DNA of 64,000 nucleotides, taken from Thermoanaerobaculia bacterium (GTDB lineage: Bacteria; Acidobacteriota; Thermoanaerobaculia; UBA5066; Gp7-AA6). Made by a program: the position numbers and the translations under genes. The stretch is taken from positions 39,249-103,248 of the forward strand of contig DASXTI010000062.1 in NCBI GenBank assembly GCA_036505535.1. Reading direction: 5' to 3'. Of this stretch, positions 7,885 to 16,797 are shown one piece after another (the first letter of the stretch is position 1; each line of letters opens with the position of its first letter). Under the pieces are notes generated by a model that was given only the letters and a program-made list of their open reading frames with translations, made no database searches and had not been told where the DNA came from.

Positions 7885-9957
7885 CTGATCCCACGCGCTG
7901 AGCCCCCACCGGGGCGACTCCACTTCCAGGATTCCGTCTCCCGCATTCCGGGTATCGGACCGGCGCGCGCGAGTCGGCTCGCCGCGGCGGGTCTGGCGAC
8001 CGTCGGAGACTTCCTGCTCGCCCTTCCCTTTCGCTACGAAGACCGCCGGCACTTCGCCACGGTCGCCGGCCTCGAGTGGGGAAAGCCGGCCACGATTCTC
8101 GCCCGTTTCCAGGGGGCCAAGGGGACGCGAATGCGCCGCGGGACACTGCGAATCGAAGCCGTGGCGGACGACGGGACCGGCGCCGTCCGTGTGGTCTGGC
8201 ACAACCGGTATCCCTCCTTCGTCAAGGCGCTCTCGGCGCATCGGGCCGCCCTGTACGGGACCCTGGTGGCCACTCCTCGGGGCGAAATGCGGATCGAGAA
8301 CCCGGAAACCGAGCTCTTCGACGAGGGAGAGGAGTCGGATCCGATCCACGTCGGACGCATCGTCGGCATCTATCATCGCGTCGCGGACATTCCCGCGCGC
8401 CGGTGGCGCTTTCTGGTCCGTCGCACGCTCGACTTGCTGACCTCCGAGTTTCGCTCGGCGACTCTGCCTCCGCTCGATCTCTTACGGGCTCTCGAGGAGG
8501 CGCACTTCCCGTCTCGGCCCGAGGCGGCCGAGGAGGCGCGTCGCGCGCTCGCGCGCGAAGAGCTTTTCGTTCTGGCCGCCGGCATCGAAGAGCGGCGGGC
8601 CCGCCTGCGGCAGCGCCGCGGCATCGTGCTGCAGCCCGAAGAGGCGATCCGGCAGCTCGCTCGCTACGTCTTGCCCTTTCCCTTGACCGGCGCCCAGAAA
8701 CGCGCCGTGCGAGAGATCGCCGCGGACCTGGCGTCGGGCCGTGCGATGGCCCGGCTCCTTCAGGGGGACGTCGGCTCGGGCAAGACGGTCGTGGCCGGGC
8801 TGGCGTTGATGCTCGCCGCCAAGAACGGGGTGCAGGGAGCATTAATGGCCCCGACCGAAATTCTCGCCGAGCAGCACGCGTCCAGCCTCGCTTCCTGGCT
8901 GACGGCGGCCGGAGTGCGGATTGCCCTTCTGACCGGTCGTGTGCGTGGCGCCGAACGGCGGCGGCTACTCGGTGAGCTTGCGGCGGGAGCGGTCGACGTC
9001 CTCGTTGGGACGCACGCGCTGGTCGAGGCGCCGGTGAAATTCCGCCGCCTGGGCCTCGTCGTCGTGGACGAGCAGCATCGGTTCGGCGTGGCGCATCGGG
9101 CGAAGCTGTTTCGCAAGGGGGATGCCCCTCACGTTCTCGTCATGACGGCCACCCCCATCCCGCGCTCACTCGCCTGGGCGATCTACGGCGAGCTCGACGT
9201 GTCGATTCTGGACGAGAAGCCCCCGGGGCGGTCTGATGTTCTCACCCGCGTTCGAGAGGAAGAGGGGCGCGAGCGAGTGTACCGCTTCGCCGGGGAACGG
9301 GTCGCGGCCGGCGAGCGGGTCTACGTCGTCGTGCCGGCGATCGACGAGCGCGAGCGGGAGCTCGCCGCCACCCGCGAGACCGCCGGCCGCATCGGCGAGA
9401 CGTTGCCGAATGTGCCGATCGGAATCCTTCATGGCCGAATGCCTGCCGCGGAGCGCGCGGCCGTGCTCGCGGATTTCGGAACCGGCAAGCGCCCGATCCT
9501 CGTCTCCACCACCGTCGTCGAGGTCGGCGTCGACGTGCCCGAGGCGACGCTGATGATCGTCGAGAACGCGGAAGTCTTCGGCCTGGCTCAACTCCATCAG
9601 TTGCGGGGGCGGGTCGGCCGCAGCGCGCGGCGGTCCTGGTGCGCCCTGATCGCCGGGAAGGGGGCGACCGAAGAGGCACGCAAACGGCTGTCGGTACTCG
9701 AGAGAACCGCCGACGGATTCGTCATCGCCGAAAGGGATCTCGAGGAACGCGGCCCCGGAGACCTCCTCGGCACGCGCCAGTCCGGGCTACCAGCCATGCG
9801 TGTCGCCAACCCGATTCGAGATCTCGGCGCCCTTTCCGAGGCCCGGCGACGTGTCGCGGCTCTCCGGGAGACGGGCGAGCCGATCGCCAGCGATCTATTC
9901 GCGTATCCCTCTGTTCGCACAGCCCCCGCCGGGAGGTCGGGACCGCGTGATACATAA
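7885..9957 (+). CDS. recG: ATP-dependent DNA helicase RecG (start codon unresolved; first ATG is at 8131)
   Basis: Helicase motifs GDVGSGKT and VVDEQHRFG. The conserved RecG N-terminus (IPGIGPARASRLAAAGLATVGDFLLALPFRYEDRR) is encoded at 7945-8050, upstream of the first ATG. Only CTG/ATC/ATT codons are available there. Confidence 0.85.
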   Translation: MIPRAEPPPGRLHFQDSVSRIPGIGPARASRLAAAGLATVGDFLLALPFRYEDRRHFATVAGLEWGKPATILARFQGAKGTRMRRGTLRIEAVADDGTGAVRVVWHNRYPSFVKALSAHRAALYGTLVATPRGEMRIENPETELFDEGEESDPIHVGRIVGIYHRVADIPARRWRFLVRRTLDLLTSEFRSATLPPLDLLRALEEAHFPSRPEAAEEARRALAREELFVLAAGIEERRARLRQRRGIVLQPEEAIRQLARYVLPFPLTGAQKRAVREIAADLASGRAMARLLQGDVGSGKTVVAGLALMLAAKNGVQGALMAPTEILAEQHASSLASWLTAAGVRIALLTGRVRGAERRRLLGELAAGAVDVLVGTHALVEAPVKFRRLGLVVVDEQHRFGVAHRAKLFRKGDAPHVLVMTATPIPRSLAWAIYGELDVSILDEKPPGRSDVLTRVREEEGRERVYRFAGERVAAGERVYVVVPAIDERERELAATRETAGRIGETLPNVPIGILHGRMPAAERAAVLADFGTGKRPILVSTTVVEVGVDVPEATLMIVENAEVFGLAQLHQLRGRVGRSARRSWCALIAGKGATEEARKRLSVLERTADGFVIAERDLEERGPGDLLGTRQSGLPAMRVANPIRDLGALSEARRRVAALRETGEPIASDLFAYPSVRTAPAGRSGPRDT

Positions 9958-9970
9958 CGGGCGCTAAGAG

Positions 9971-10960
9971 GTGAGCTTGCGAGTCATGGTTACCGGCGGT
10001 ACCGGTTTCGTGGGAACCCACGTGGTAAACGGGCTGCTACGTCGCGGCCACGCCGTCGCCGTCCTCGCGCGCGATCCGGGAAGGACACGCAACCGGTACA
10101 ACCGTTTAGTCGAGACGGTCGCCGGAAACGTGCTGGACCCCGACTCACTCGCGTGGGCCGCGACCGGAAGGGACTCGATCGTCCATATCGTAGGGATCAT
10201 CAACGAGAAGGAGGGCCAGACATTCGATCGCCTGCACCGGGTGGCCACCGAGAGCGTCGTCGCCGCGGCGAAAGGCGCCGGCGCGCTCCGGTACCTGCAC
10301 ATGAGCGCGATGGGCAGCGCCGAAGATGCGCCTTCCGAGTACGGCCGTACGAAGGCGGCGGGAGAGCGGGTCGTTCGCGCGTCCGGCCTCGATTGGACGA
10401 TCTTTCGTCCGTCCATCATCTTCGGGCCGGGGGACGGCTTCGTTTCGCTGCTCGCCACGATCGTGCGCCGCAATCCCGGTTTCATTCCGGTCATCGGTCC
10501 GGGCACGACGAAGTTTCAGCCGGTCTCCGTCTACGACGTCGCGCGTGTCTTCGCCGATGCCCTGGAGAAGCCGGCGACGATCGGGCGCACCTTCGAAGTC
10601 GGAGGACCCGAAGTCTTCACGATGAACGAGATCTACCGGGAAATCGCGGCGGCCGTCGGCAAGACGCGCAAGCCTCTGCTCCACCTCCCGCTCTGGTACG
10701 GCCGCATCCTCGCGCGCATCTTCGAGTGGCTCGCGCGAAGGGGGGTCTTCGCGGATCCCCCGCTGACCCGGGATCAGTTGAAGAGCTTGATGCGCGACAA
10801 TGTCGCGGATGTTTCCGAGACCGTGGCGGTCTTCGGAGAAGAGTGGCGGCGCTTTGGACCCGGAATCCGCGACTACCTCTACAACGGGCGCCATGATCCC
10901 CGCCAGGGCACGGGGGAGGAGATCGAGCTCGAGCCGAGGAAGGTGGTGCGGATACGGTAG
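9971..10960 (+). CDS. NAD(P)-binding SDR-family protein (complex I NDUFA9-like / NmrA-like epimerase family)
   Basis: Rossmann motif VTGGTGFVGTHVV. 329-aa ORF. The start may be the ATG at 9986 rather than the GTG at 9971. Confidence 0.75.
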   Translation: MSLRVMVTGGTGFVGTHVVNGLLRRGHAVAVLARDPGRTRNRYNRLVETVAGNVLDPDSLAWAATGRDSIVHIVGIINEKEGQTFDRLHRVATESVVAAAKGAGALRYLHMSAMGSAEDAPSEYGRTKAAGERVVRASGLDWTIFRPSIIFGPGDGFVSLLATIVRRNPGFIPVIGPGTTKFQPVSVYDVARVFADALEKPATIGRTFEVGGPEVFTMNEIYREIAAAVGKTRKPLLHLPLWYGRILARIFEWLARRGVFADPPLTRDQLKSLMRDNVADVSETVAVFGEEWRRFGPGIRDYLYNGRHDPRQGTGEEIELEPRKVVRIR

Positions 10961-10981
10961 GGGCGGGGCTTGCCCCCGCCC
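10960..10981. terminator. GC-rich hairpin between convergent genes (GGGGCGGGGC-TT-GCCCCCGCCC, one bulge)
   Basis: Seen in sequence immediately after the stop at 10960. No T-run, so terminator function is inferred. Confidence 0.4.
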
Positions 10982-11003
10982 GTCAAGCGTCGACAGTCAA
11001 CCG

Positions 11004-13040
11004 TCAATTCTTCTTCAGCCTTATCGTCCCCGAAGACGTCCGCACGACGACCTTCTCCCCGCCGCCGTTCAAGGAGAGGGTCGCCCGCTGATGACCCGAG
11101 TTCTTGGAAATCGCGAGGTTGGCGAAGTCCGACCGGATCGCCGACTCACTTTCGTCCGCGCCGGTAACGATGAGCTCCACATCCGCCTTACAGTCGGCGG
11201 GGAGAACCAGCGAGACGTCCCCCCCCGAATTGTGGATCGTGACGCCGCCCTTGATCTCGCGCGATGTTACGCCGATGCGAATGTCGCCGCCGGCCGTAAC
11301 GGCGTGGACGCTTCCGCCTACATGAGGCGCGATGATGTCGCCGCCGGCGGTCTTCGCGTCCAAGCTTCCACCCACTCGCTCGATACGGAGGTCGCCTCCC
11401 GCCGTGTCCAAGAGAGCCGACCCGGAGACGCCGTCGGCGCGAATGTCGCCGGCCATCGTGATGGCCTTCAGATCGCCGGTGATCGCTCCGACGACGATGT
11501 CGCCGCCGAAGGACTTCAGGTCGGCGCCCGCGCCCACGCTTCCTACTCGGATCTCTCCGGAATGCGTCAGGATCCTCACGCGCCCCGACACGTTGCCGAC
11601 GCGGTAGTTTCCGCCGCTGGAAGTGGACAAGAAGTCGCCTGAGACCTCCCCTCGAACGACCTCCCCGTCGAAGACGGGCGGGGCCGGGGCCGGCATGATC
11701 AGGGGAGCCCCAGGCACACGAGCGACCGGGGGAGCGGGCGGGGCCGGGGCCACCGGCGCCGTGGGGGCCGTCGGTGGCATACGGATCACCACCCTGGGGT
11801 GAGGGACCCGAACTTCAACGCGCGGAATCGTCACCACGAAGGATCGGCGGCCAGAGATCAGCGGCTTGGCATCGGCTTCCTTCGTTCCCGCCGCGAGCAG
11901 CAGAACCGTGCCGTTCAGAGTCTCGAGCCGGATCTGGGCTCCCCCCCTTCCGATCGAGCCGGCGTAGTCCTGGCGCGGGTCGTCGATCCGGATGCGGCCA
12001 AGCTCCTTCTCGACCTCCCGCATGCCCTTCTCGGCATCGCGCATGCCCTCTTCGATCTGAGCCCCGACCTCCTTCATGGACTCGGACAGCTCCTGCTCGA
12101 GCTCGCGCAAGTCGACGATCGTCGTCTCCCCCTCCCCGTCTTGCACGACGACACGCTTGCCGTGATCCGCCTTCGGAGGATTCGGCGCCTTGGAAGGCTT
12201 CGGCGTCTTCGGCTCCTTGCGGATGGGCTCTTCGAGGGGCGTTTCCGGGATGCGCGGGGGGAGCGGGAAGGTCGAAGCGATCGTTCCGTTCATCGTCGAC
12301 GCGGTGAGATCGAACTTCGCATCCTTGGGCAGGGTCAGCGTCACCGAACCGTTGACCGACTGCAGCTCCACCGCGGTGCCCGGGAGCAACGCGGAAGCCG
12401 CGGCGTCGATCTTTCCGTTGACTGTCTGGGCCTCGACCGCCTTGCGGACGCCGCGGGCTTCGATGGAACCATTGACGCTCTCGAGCTCGAGGTCTCCGTC
12501 GCAATCCTTCACGCGCACGTCGCCGTTGACGGTCTTCAGTTCTGCCGTGACGCCGGGCGGCACCACGATGTCGTAACGCACCACGATCCGGCAATTGGGG
12601 CAGCCCGATCCGTGGCGGCCCTCGCGCCCGCGGGAGTTCCGCATGCCGGGCCAGCGTGTCTCCAGCGACCAACCGTCGTCGTCGCGGTTGCCCGCGACTT
12701 TCGTCTTCTCCAGGATCTCTTCGGCCCTCTTCTGCGTCGGCGCGAAGACTGTGACCGTGACGACGGCCGCGAACTCCTTTCCCGGGGCGGCGACGATGTC
12801 GCCCGAGATGTTCTCGATCTGGACCGACTGCCCGGGCGTCATCGGGCCTCGGAATCGGTCGACCCGGTTGGCCGAGGGCTGCTCGGCCTTCGCGACGCCG
12901 ACGAGCATCAGCAGCAGCCCAATCGCGAGAAGAATCCAGACGGCGAGTCGGCCGGCGCGAGCGGAGGCTCCCTCCGGCGCACTGGCGGATTTCGCAAGCT
13001 TGAAGGTATTCATCATCAGGGAGAGACGTTCTGTGGTCAT
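11004..13040 (-). CDS. Large DUF4097 (putative adhesin / beta-helix) protein with two DUF4097-like halves
   Basis: ATG at 13040 (MTTERLSL...) preceded by GGAGG. N-terminal hydrophobic helix. Repeated GD[IV]xV / NG[ST]I strands in both halves and a Pro-rich central linker. The upstream extension of ORF 11004..13379 overlaps the anti-sigma gene and was discarded. Confidence 0.75.
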   Translation of the reverse strand: MTTERLSLMMNTFKLAKSASAPEGASARAGRLAVWILLAIGLLLMLVGVAKAEQPSANRVDRFRGPMTPGQSVQIENISGDIVAAPGKEFAAVVTVTVFAPTQKRAEEILEKTKVAGNRDDDGWSLETRWPGMRNSRGREGRHGSGCPNCRIVVRYDIVVPPGVTAELKTVNGDVRVKDCDGDLELESVNGSIEARGVRKAVEAQTVNGKIDAAASALLPGTAVELQSVNGSVTLTLPKDAKFDLTASTMNGTIASTFPLPPRIPETPLEEPIRKEPKTPKPSKAPNPPKADHGKRVVVQDGEGETTIVDLRELEQELSESMKEVGAQIEEGMRDAEKGMREVEKELGRIRIDDPRQDYAGSIGRGGAQIRLETLNGTVLLLAAGTKEADAKPLISGRRSFVVTIPRVEVRVPHPRVVIRMPPTAPTAPVAPAPPAPPVARVPGAPLIMPAPAPPVFDGEVVRGEVSGDFLSTSSGGNYRVGNVSGRVRILTHSGEIRVGSVGAGADLKSFGGDIVVGAITGDLKAITMAGDIRADGVSGSALLDTAGGDLRIERVGGSLDAKTAGGDIIAPHVGGSVHAVTAGGDIRIGVTSREIKGGVTIHNSGGDVSLVLPADCKADVELIVTGADESESAIRSDFANLAISKNSGHQRATLSLNGGGEKVVVRTSSGTIRLKKN

Positions 13041-13056
13041 GCGGGTTACGCCTCCG

Positions 13057-14004
13057 TCAGAAGGAGATCGCCTTGAGCGCCGAGGCCGCCTTGGCGCGGA
13101 CGAATCCGTTCTCCTGCGGGTCGACCGCCTTTTCGCGGAGCGACTCGATGGTGCTCGCGTCGGGGGACTGTTTGGCGGCGGCGGCGAGCGCGTCCACGGC
13201 GGCGAGCCGTACGGCCGGATTCTTGTCGGACCGCAGCGCTTCCAGAAAGACCGTCCGGATGTCGGGCGTGATCGGGAAAGAGGCGAGGGCGTCCGCCGCC
13301 TTCTTTCTGACCCCCGGGTTCGCGTCCCGGCGCAGCGTGTTGGAAAGCGCCGCGACGATCTCGGGGGACGCGGGCGCATTGTTCACGCCATAGTGTTCGG
13401 AGACGAGCTCGATCGCCCGCGACCTCTCTCCCGCCGTCTCGGCGTTGTGCGATACGAGATAGGCGAGCAGCTTGGCGACCTGCGGATCGCTCGGCCGCCC
13501 CGCGAGCTCGTGGCGTGTCGTCACGTCGAAGCCGATGCCAATCCGGCCGTTCGGATCCGCCGGCTTGTACGAGACGTTCGAGAGCCTCGGGTTGGATCCG
13601 AGGTCCGGCAGAGCGGAAGCGGCCCGCCCGGAGGCGGGGGAGAGGGAGCGTGTCGGCGAGGAGGGAGCCGCGCCCCTTGCGGCAAGGAACCCAACTCCGG
13701 CGGCAAACAGGAGGGCCGCCGCCTGCAGCAGTGGCCGCATCAGCCGCGGCCTCCGCTTGAACGAACGGACACGGCGCCGCATCGCCTCCTCCTCCAGGAG
13801 CTCGAGCGTGCGCTGGCGGAACTCGCGCGTGACCGTGGGGTCGGGGTCGAGGCCGAGGGTCGTCCAGACATTCTCGAGCCGGGCCACCTCCTGGCGGCAA
13901 TTCTCGCAAGCGGCCAGATGCGCAGCGAGCTCTCGCCGGGAGGTCTCGCCGGCCTCTCCGGCGAGCCGGTCGATCGCAAAGGTGGTTACGTCGCGGCAGT
14001 CCAT
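13057..14004 (-). CDS. Anti-sigma factor (zf-HC2) with transmembrane helix and C-terminal HEAT-like repeats
   Basis: N-terminal HLAACENCRQEV zinc-finger anti-sigma motif. Hydrophobic segment LLQAAALLFAAGVGFLAA. Repeated xxNPxVRxxAxxAL HEAT-like units. Overlaps the sigma gene by 19 nt. Confidence 0.75.
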   Translation of the reverse strand: MDCRDVTTFAIDRLAGEAGETSRRELAAHLAACENCRQEVARLENVWTTLGLDPDPTVTREFRQRTLELLEEEAMRRRVRSFKRRPRLMRPLLQAAALLFAAGVGFLAARGAAPSSPTRSLSPASGRAASALPDLGSNPRLSNVSYKPADPNGRIGIGFDVTTRHELAGRPSDPQVAKLLAYLVSHNAETAGERSRAIELVSEHYGVNNAPASPEIVAALSNTLRRDANPGVRKKAADALASFPITPDIRTVFLEALRSDKNPAVRLAAVDALAAAAKQSPDASTIESLREKAVDPQENGFVRAKAASALKAISF

Positions 14005-14561
14005 GAGCTTTCTCCCTCCGAAAAATGGGCCTTTAGGGTTTCGACGGCCCGGAAGATACGAGTCTTCACGGCGCCCACGGAGATCCCCAGCGTCTGCGCG
14101 ATCTCGGCATAGGGCATACCGTGGTATCGGGCGAGGACGAGGGCTTCGCGCTGCTCCTCGGACAGATCCGCGAGAGCGCGCCGGACGGCCTGACGCCGTT
14201 CATTCGAAGTCATCGCCGACTCCACGCCCTCCCCCTTCGCGCGCGGCTCCGGGATGGCTTCCAGCGGGACCACCGAGGCCCTCCGGTCGCGGCGGCGCCG
14301 GTCCCGGCAGGCATTGGCCGCGATGGCGAAGAGCCAGGAAGCCACGCCGGCCCGGCCGTCGTATTGATGGGCGCGCGAGATCACCTTGACGAACACCTCC
14401 TGGGTCACTTCTTCGGCCGAAGCCCGATCGGAAAGCATCCGGTCGGTGAATCGAAGGAGAGCCGGAGCGTAACGCTCGAAAAGCTCGGCGGCACCGTCCG
14501 TGTCGCCACGGCGGATTCGTTCGAGCAGTCTTAAGTCGTCGCTCGCTCCTGACATCGCCAT
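13986..14561 (-). CDS. RNA polymerase ECF-type sigma-70 factor
   Basis: Region 2 (EEVTQEVFVKV...WLFAIAANACRDRRRR) and region 4 HTH (ALVLARYHGMPYAEIAQTLGISVGAVKTRIFRA). Confidence 0.9.
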   Translation of the reverse strand: MAMSGASDDLRLLERIRRGDTDGAAELFERYAPALLRFTDRMLSDRASAEEVTQEVFVKVISRAHQYDGRAGVASWLFAIAANACRDRRRRDRRASVVPLEAIPEPRAKGEGVESAMTSNERRQAVRRALADLSEEQREALVLARYHGMPYAEIAQTLGISVGAVKTRIFRAVETLKAHFSEGESSWTAAT

Positions 14562-14580
14562 TCGGCCCGGCCATCCAGAG

Positions 14581-14607
14581 AGACGTTGCCGGACCGGGAA
14601 GGTTTCT
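14581..14607 (-). promoter_or_regulatory. Candidate ECF-type promoter AGAAAC-N16-CGTCT upstream of the ECF sigma gene
   Basis: The minus strand reads GAAAC CTTCCCGGTCCGGCAA CGTCT, ending ~20 nt before the ATG at 14561. This resembles the generic ECF GAAC-N16/17-CGT architecture. Inferred only. Confidence 0.4.
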
Positions 14608-14749
14608 GTCTTCCGGGGTCAGGGTCGGCGACTCTTCCGATGCGGGAAAAGAACCGACCGGAGCCGCCGCTCGTGCCATCACGGGGTTGCCGCGGAGGGC
14701 AGGCACCTTCGGACTGATATCTTAGGCGGAATTTCCCGGGGGAGGGGCC

Positions 14750-16021
14750 ATGTCGTCTAGTTCGACCCAGAGGTCCTCCGTCGTCTCGCGTCGCGCGGCG
14801 GCCCTCGAACGCACGCGAAAACGGATGGGGAAGTTCTTTCGCGAGAACCAGGTGCTCGGCCGCCGCAGCGCCATCGGATGCGTGGCCCTGGAGATCACGC
14901 AGCGCTGCAACCTCGACTGCACGCTCTGCTATCTCTCCGCGAATTCGGAGGCGGTCAAGGACACGCCCCTGCCGGCGCTGATCCGCCGTCTCGAGGCAAT
15001 CCGCGACCGGTTCGGAGCGCCGACGACGGTCCAGATCACCGGCGGCGAGCCGACGCTTCGGGAACGCGGAGAGCTGACGGAGATCGTCCGCCGGGCGCGC
15101 GGGCTGGGGCTGCTGCCCGCTCTCGTGACGAATGGCATCAAGGCCACCCGCGATCTTCTGAAAGAGCTTGCCTCCGCGGGTCTGAGCGAAGTCGCCTTTC
15201 ATGTGGATGTGACGCAGGAGCGCGTTGGATATGCCTCCGAGAGAGATCTCAACGCCGTCCGAGAGGAATACCTCGAGCGCGCTCGAGGTATTCCGATCGC
15301 CGTCGGCGTCAGCGCTACGGTCTGCCGCGAAAACTTCGGCGAGATTCCGGATCTGGTTCGCTTCTTCCGGAAGCATGCGGACGTGGTCAGGCTGGTTTCC
15401 TTCCAGCTCCAGGCGGACACGGGCCGCGGCGTCCTTCGGGAGCGCGATCCGATCATTTCGCTCGAGAGCGTGAGAGAACAGATCGACCGGGGGGCGGGAA
15501 CGCGCATTTCCTGGGACACGATTCTGATCGGGCATCCCGCCTGCCACCGGATCGGTGTCACGCTGGAAGTCAACGGAAACCTGTACGATTGGAACGACGA
15601 CCCTCACTTCTTCAACCGTTCCCTCGCGAATCTCGAGGATGTCAAGCTCGACCGCCGCCATCCCGGGAGGATGGTCCTCGCGCTGGCGCGCGAGGCCACG
15701 CATCGGCCCGGCTTCCTTCTCGAGGGAGCGCGATTCCTCGGTCCGAAAATCTGGCAGATGCGGCGGGATCTGGTGGCCGCGCGCGGCCGCATCCACAAGC
15801 TCTCCTTCTTCTTGGAGAACTTCATGGACGCCTCGACCCTGGACGCCGAGCGGATTCACGCCTGCTCGTTCATGGTCCAGACGGCCGATGGCCCGATCTC
15901 CATGTGCGAGCACAACGCGAAACGGGACGAGTTCATCCTGAAACCGTTCGAGGCCGCCGACGACGGCAGCGGCCTCTGGGATCCTCGGACCGGAAAGGTG
16001 ATGCTTCCGGTCGTGCATTGA
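14750..16021 (+). CDS. Radical SAM protein of unknown function
   Basis: CX3CX2C cluster motif (ITQRCNLDCTLCY) and GGEPTL SAM-binding motif. C-terminal Cys pair (HACSF...SMCEHN). A G-rich SD (GGGGGAGGGG) precedes the ATG. Confidence 0.8.
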   Translation: MSSSSTQRSSVVSRRAAALERTRKRMGKFFRENQVLGRRSAIGCVALEITQRCNLDCTLCYLSANSEAVKDTPLPALIRRLEAIRDRFGAPTTVQITGGEPTLRERGELTEIVRRARGLGLLPALVTNGIKATRDLLKELASAGLSEVAFHVDVTQERVGYASERDLNAVREEYLERARGIPIAVGVSATVCRENFGEIPDLVRFFRKHADVVRLVSFQLQADTGRGVLRERDPIISLESVREQIDRGAGTRISWDTILIGHPACHRIGVTLEVNGNLYDWNDDPHFFNRSLANLEDVKLDRRHPGRMVLALAREATHRPGFLLEGARFLGPKIWQMRRDLVAARGRIHKLSFFLENFMDASTLDAERIHACSFMVQTADGPISMCEHNAKRDEFILKPFEAADDGSGLWDPRTGKVMLPVVH

Positions 16022-16073
16022 GGCGTCTCGTCGGAGTTCGGGCCCGCTCGCGGATTCCTTCCCGGCGTCTTCT

Positions 16074-16101
16074 CGACTCCCGGCTTACGACTCCCATATA
16101 G
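16074..16101. repeat. Tandem 14-nt (2 x 7) repeat CGACTCCCGGCTTA / CGACTCCCATATAG just upstream of the M50 gene start
   Basis: Seen in sequence. Shares GACTCCCGGCT with 23965-23975 and, with one mismatch, with 6139-6149. Confidence 0.8.
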
Positions 16102-16110
16102 TCGCGCTGC

Positions 16111-16797
16111 TTGGAACACAAGATCGTCGATTTCGCCATTCAACTGGCGGTCATTCTCTTTGCCATCTCGTTCCACGAATCGGCGCATGCGTATGCCGCC
16201 CTCCGCTTCGGGGACACGACCGCGCGAGACCTGGGCCGAATCAGCCTGAACCCGATCCGGCACCTGGACCCGTTCGGCAGCGTCATCCTTCCCATCCTGC
16301 TCTACTTCCTCTCCGCCGGACGATTCATCTTCGGCGCGGCCAAGCCCACGCCGGTCGACCTTCGCAACACGCGCAATCCCCGACTGGCGAACCTGATCGT
16401 GTCGGCGGCCGGACCCGTTTCGAACTTCTTTCTGGCTTCACTGGCGATTGTGCTGCTGGTCCTCATTCGGACGAGCTCGCCTCAGTCGATTTCCGACCTG
16501 CTCGACGCCCTTCAGGGCAACCGCTTCGCCTCCGGCGCGCTCGCGCCCGTGACTTACGTTCTCTTCCGTTTCGCCATGGTCAACGTGGCCCTCGCGGTGT
16601 TCAACCTGATTCCGATCCCGCCGCTCGACGGCAGCGGGGTCATCCTGTCAGTCTTCGGCGCTCCCGTGGCCAGGATCTACGCGACGATCGCGCCCTTCGG
16701 ATTCCTCATTCTGATCCTGCTCATTTCGACGCCGTTTCTGGGGTGGCTGTTCACCCCCTTTCAGCGCCTCGTGCTGCGGTTGGTGTTCGGTGGCTGA
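16111..16797 (+). CDS. Site-2 protease family (peptidase M50) membrane metalloprotease
   Basis: HExxH (FHESAHAYAA) and the second M50 motif NLIPIPPLDG. Polytopic hydrophobic protein with a TTG start. Confidence 0.85.
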   Translation: MEHKIVDFAIQLAVILFAISFHESAHAYAALRFGDTTARDLGRISLNPIRHLDPFGSVILPILLYFLSAGRFIFGAAKPTPVDLRNTRNPRLANLIVSAAGPVSNFFLASLAIVLLVLIRTSSPQSISDLLDALQGNRFASGALAPVTYVLFRFAMVNVALAVFNLIPIPPLDGSGVILSVFGAPVARIYATIAPFGFLILILLISTPFLGWLFTPFQRLVLRLVFGG

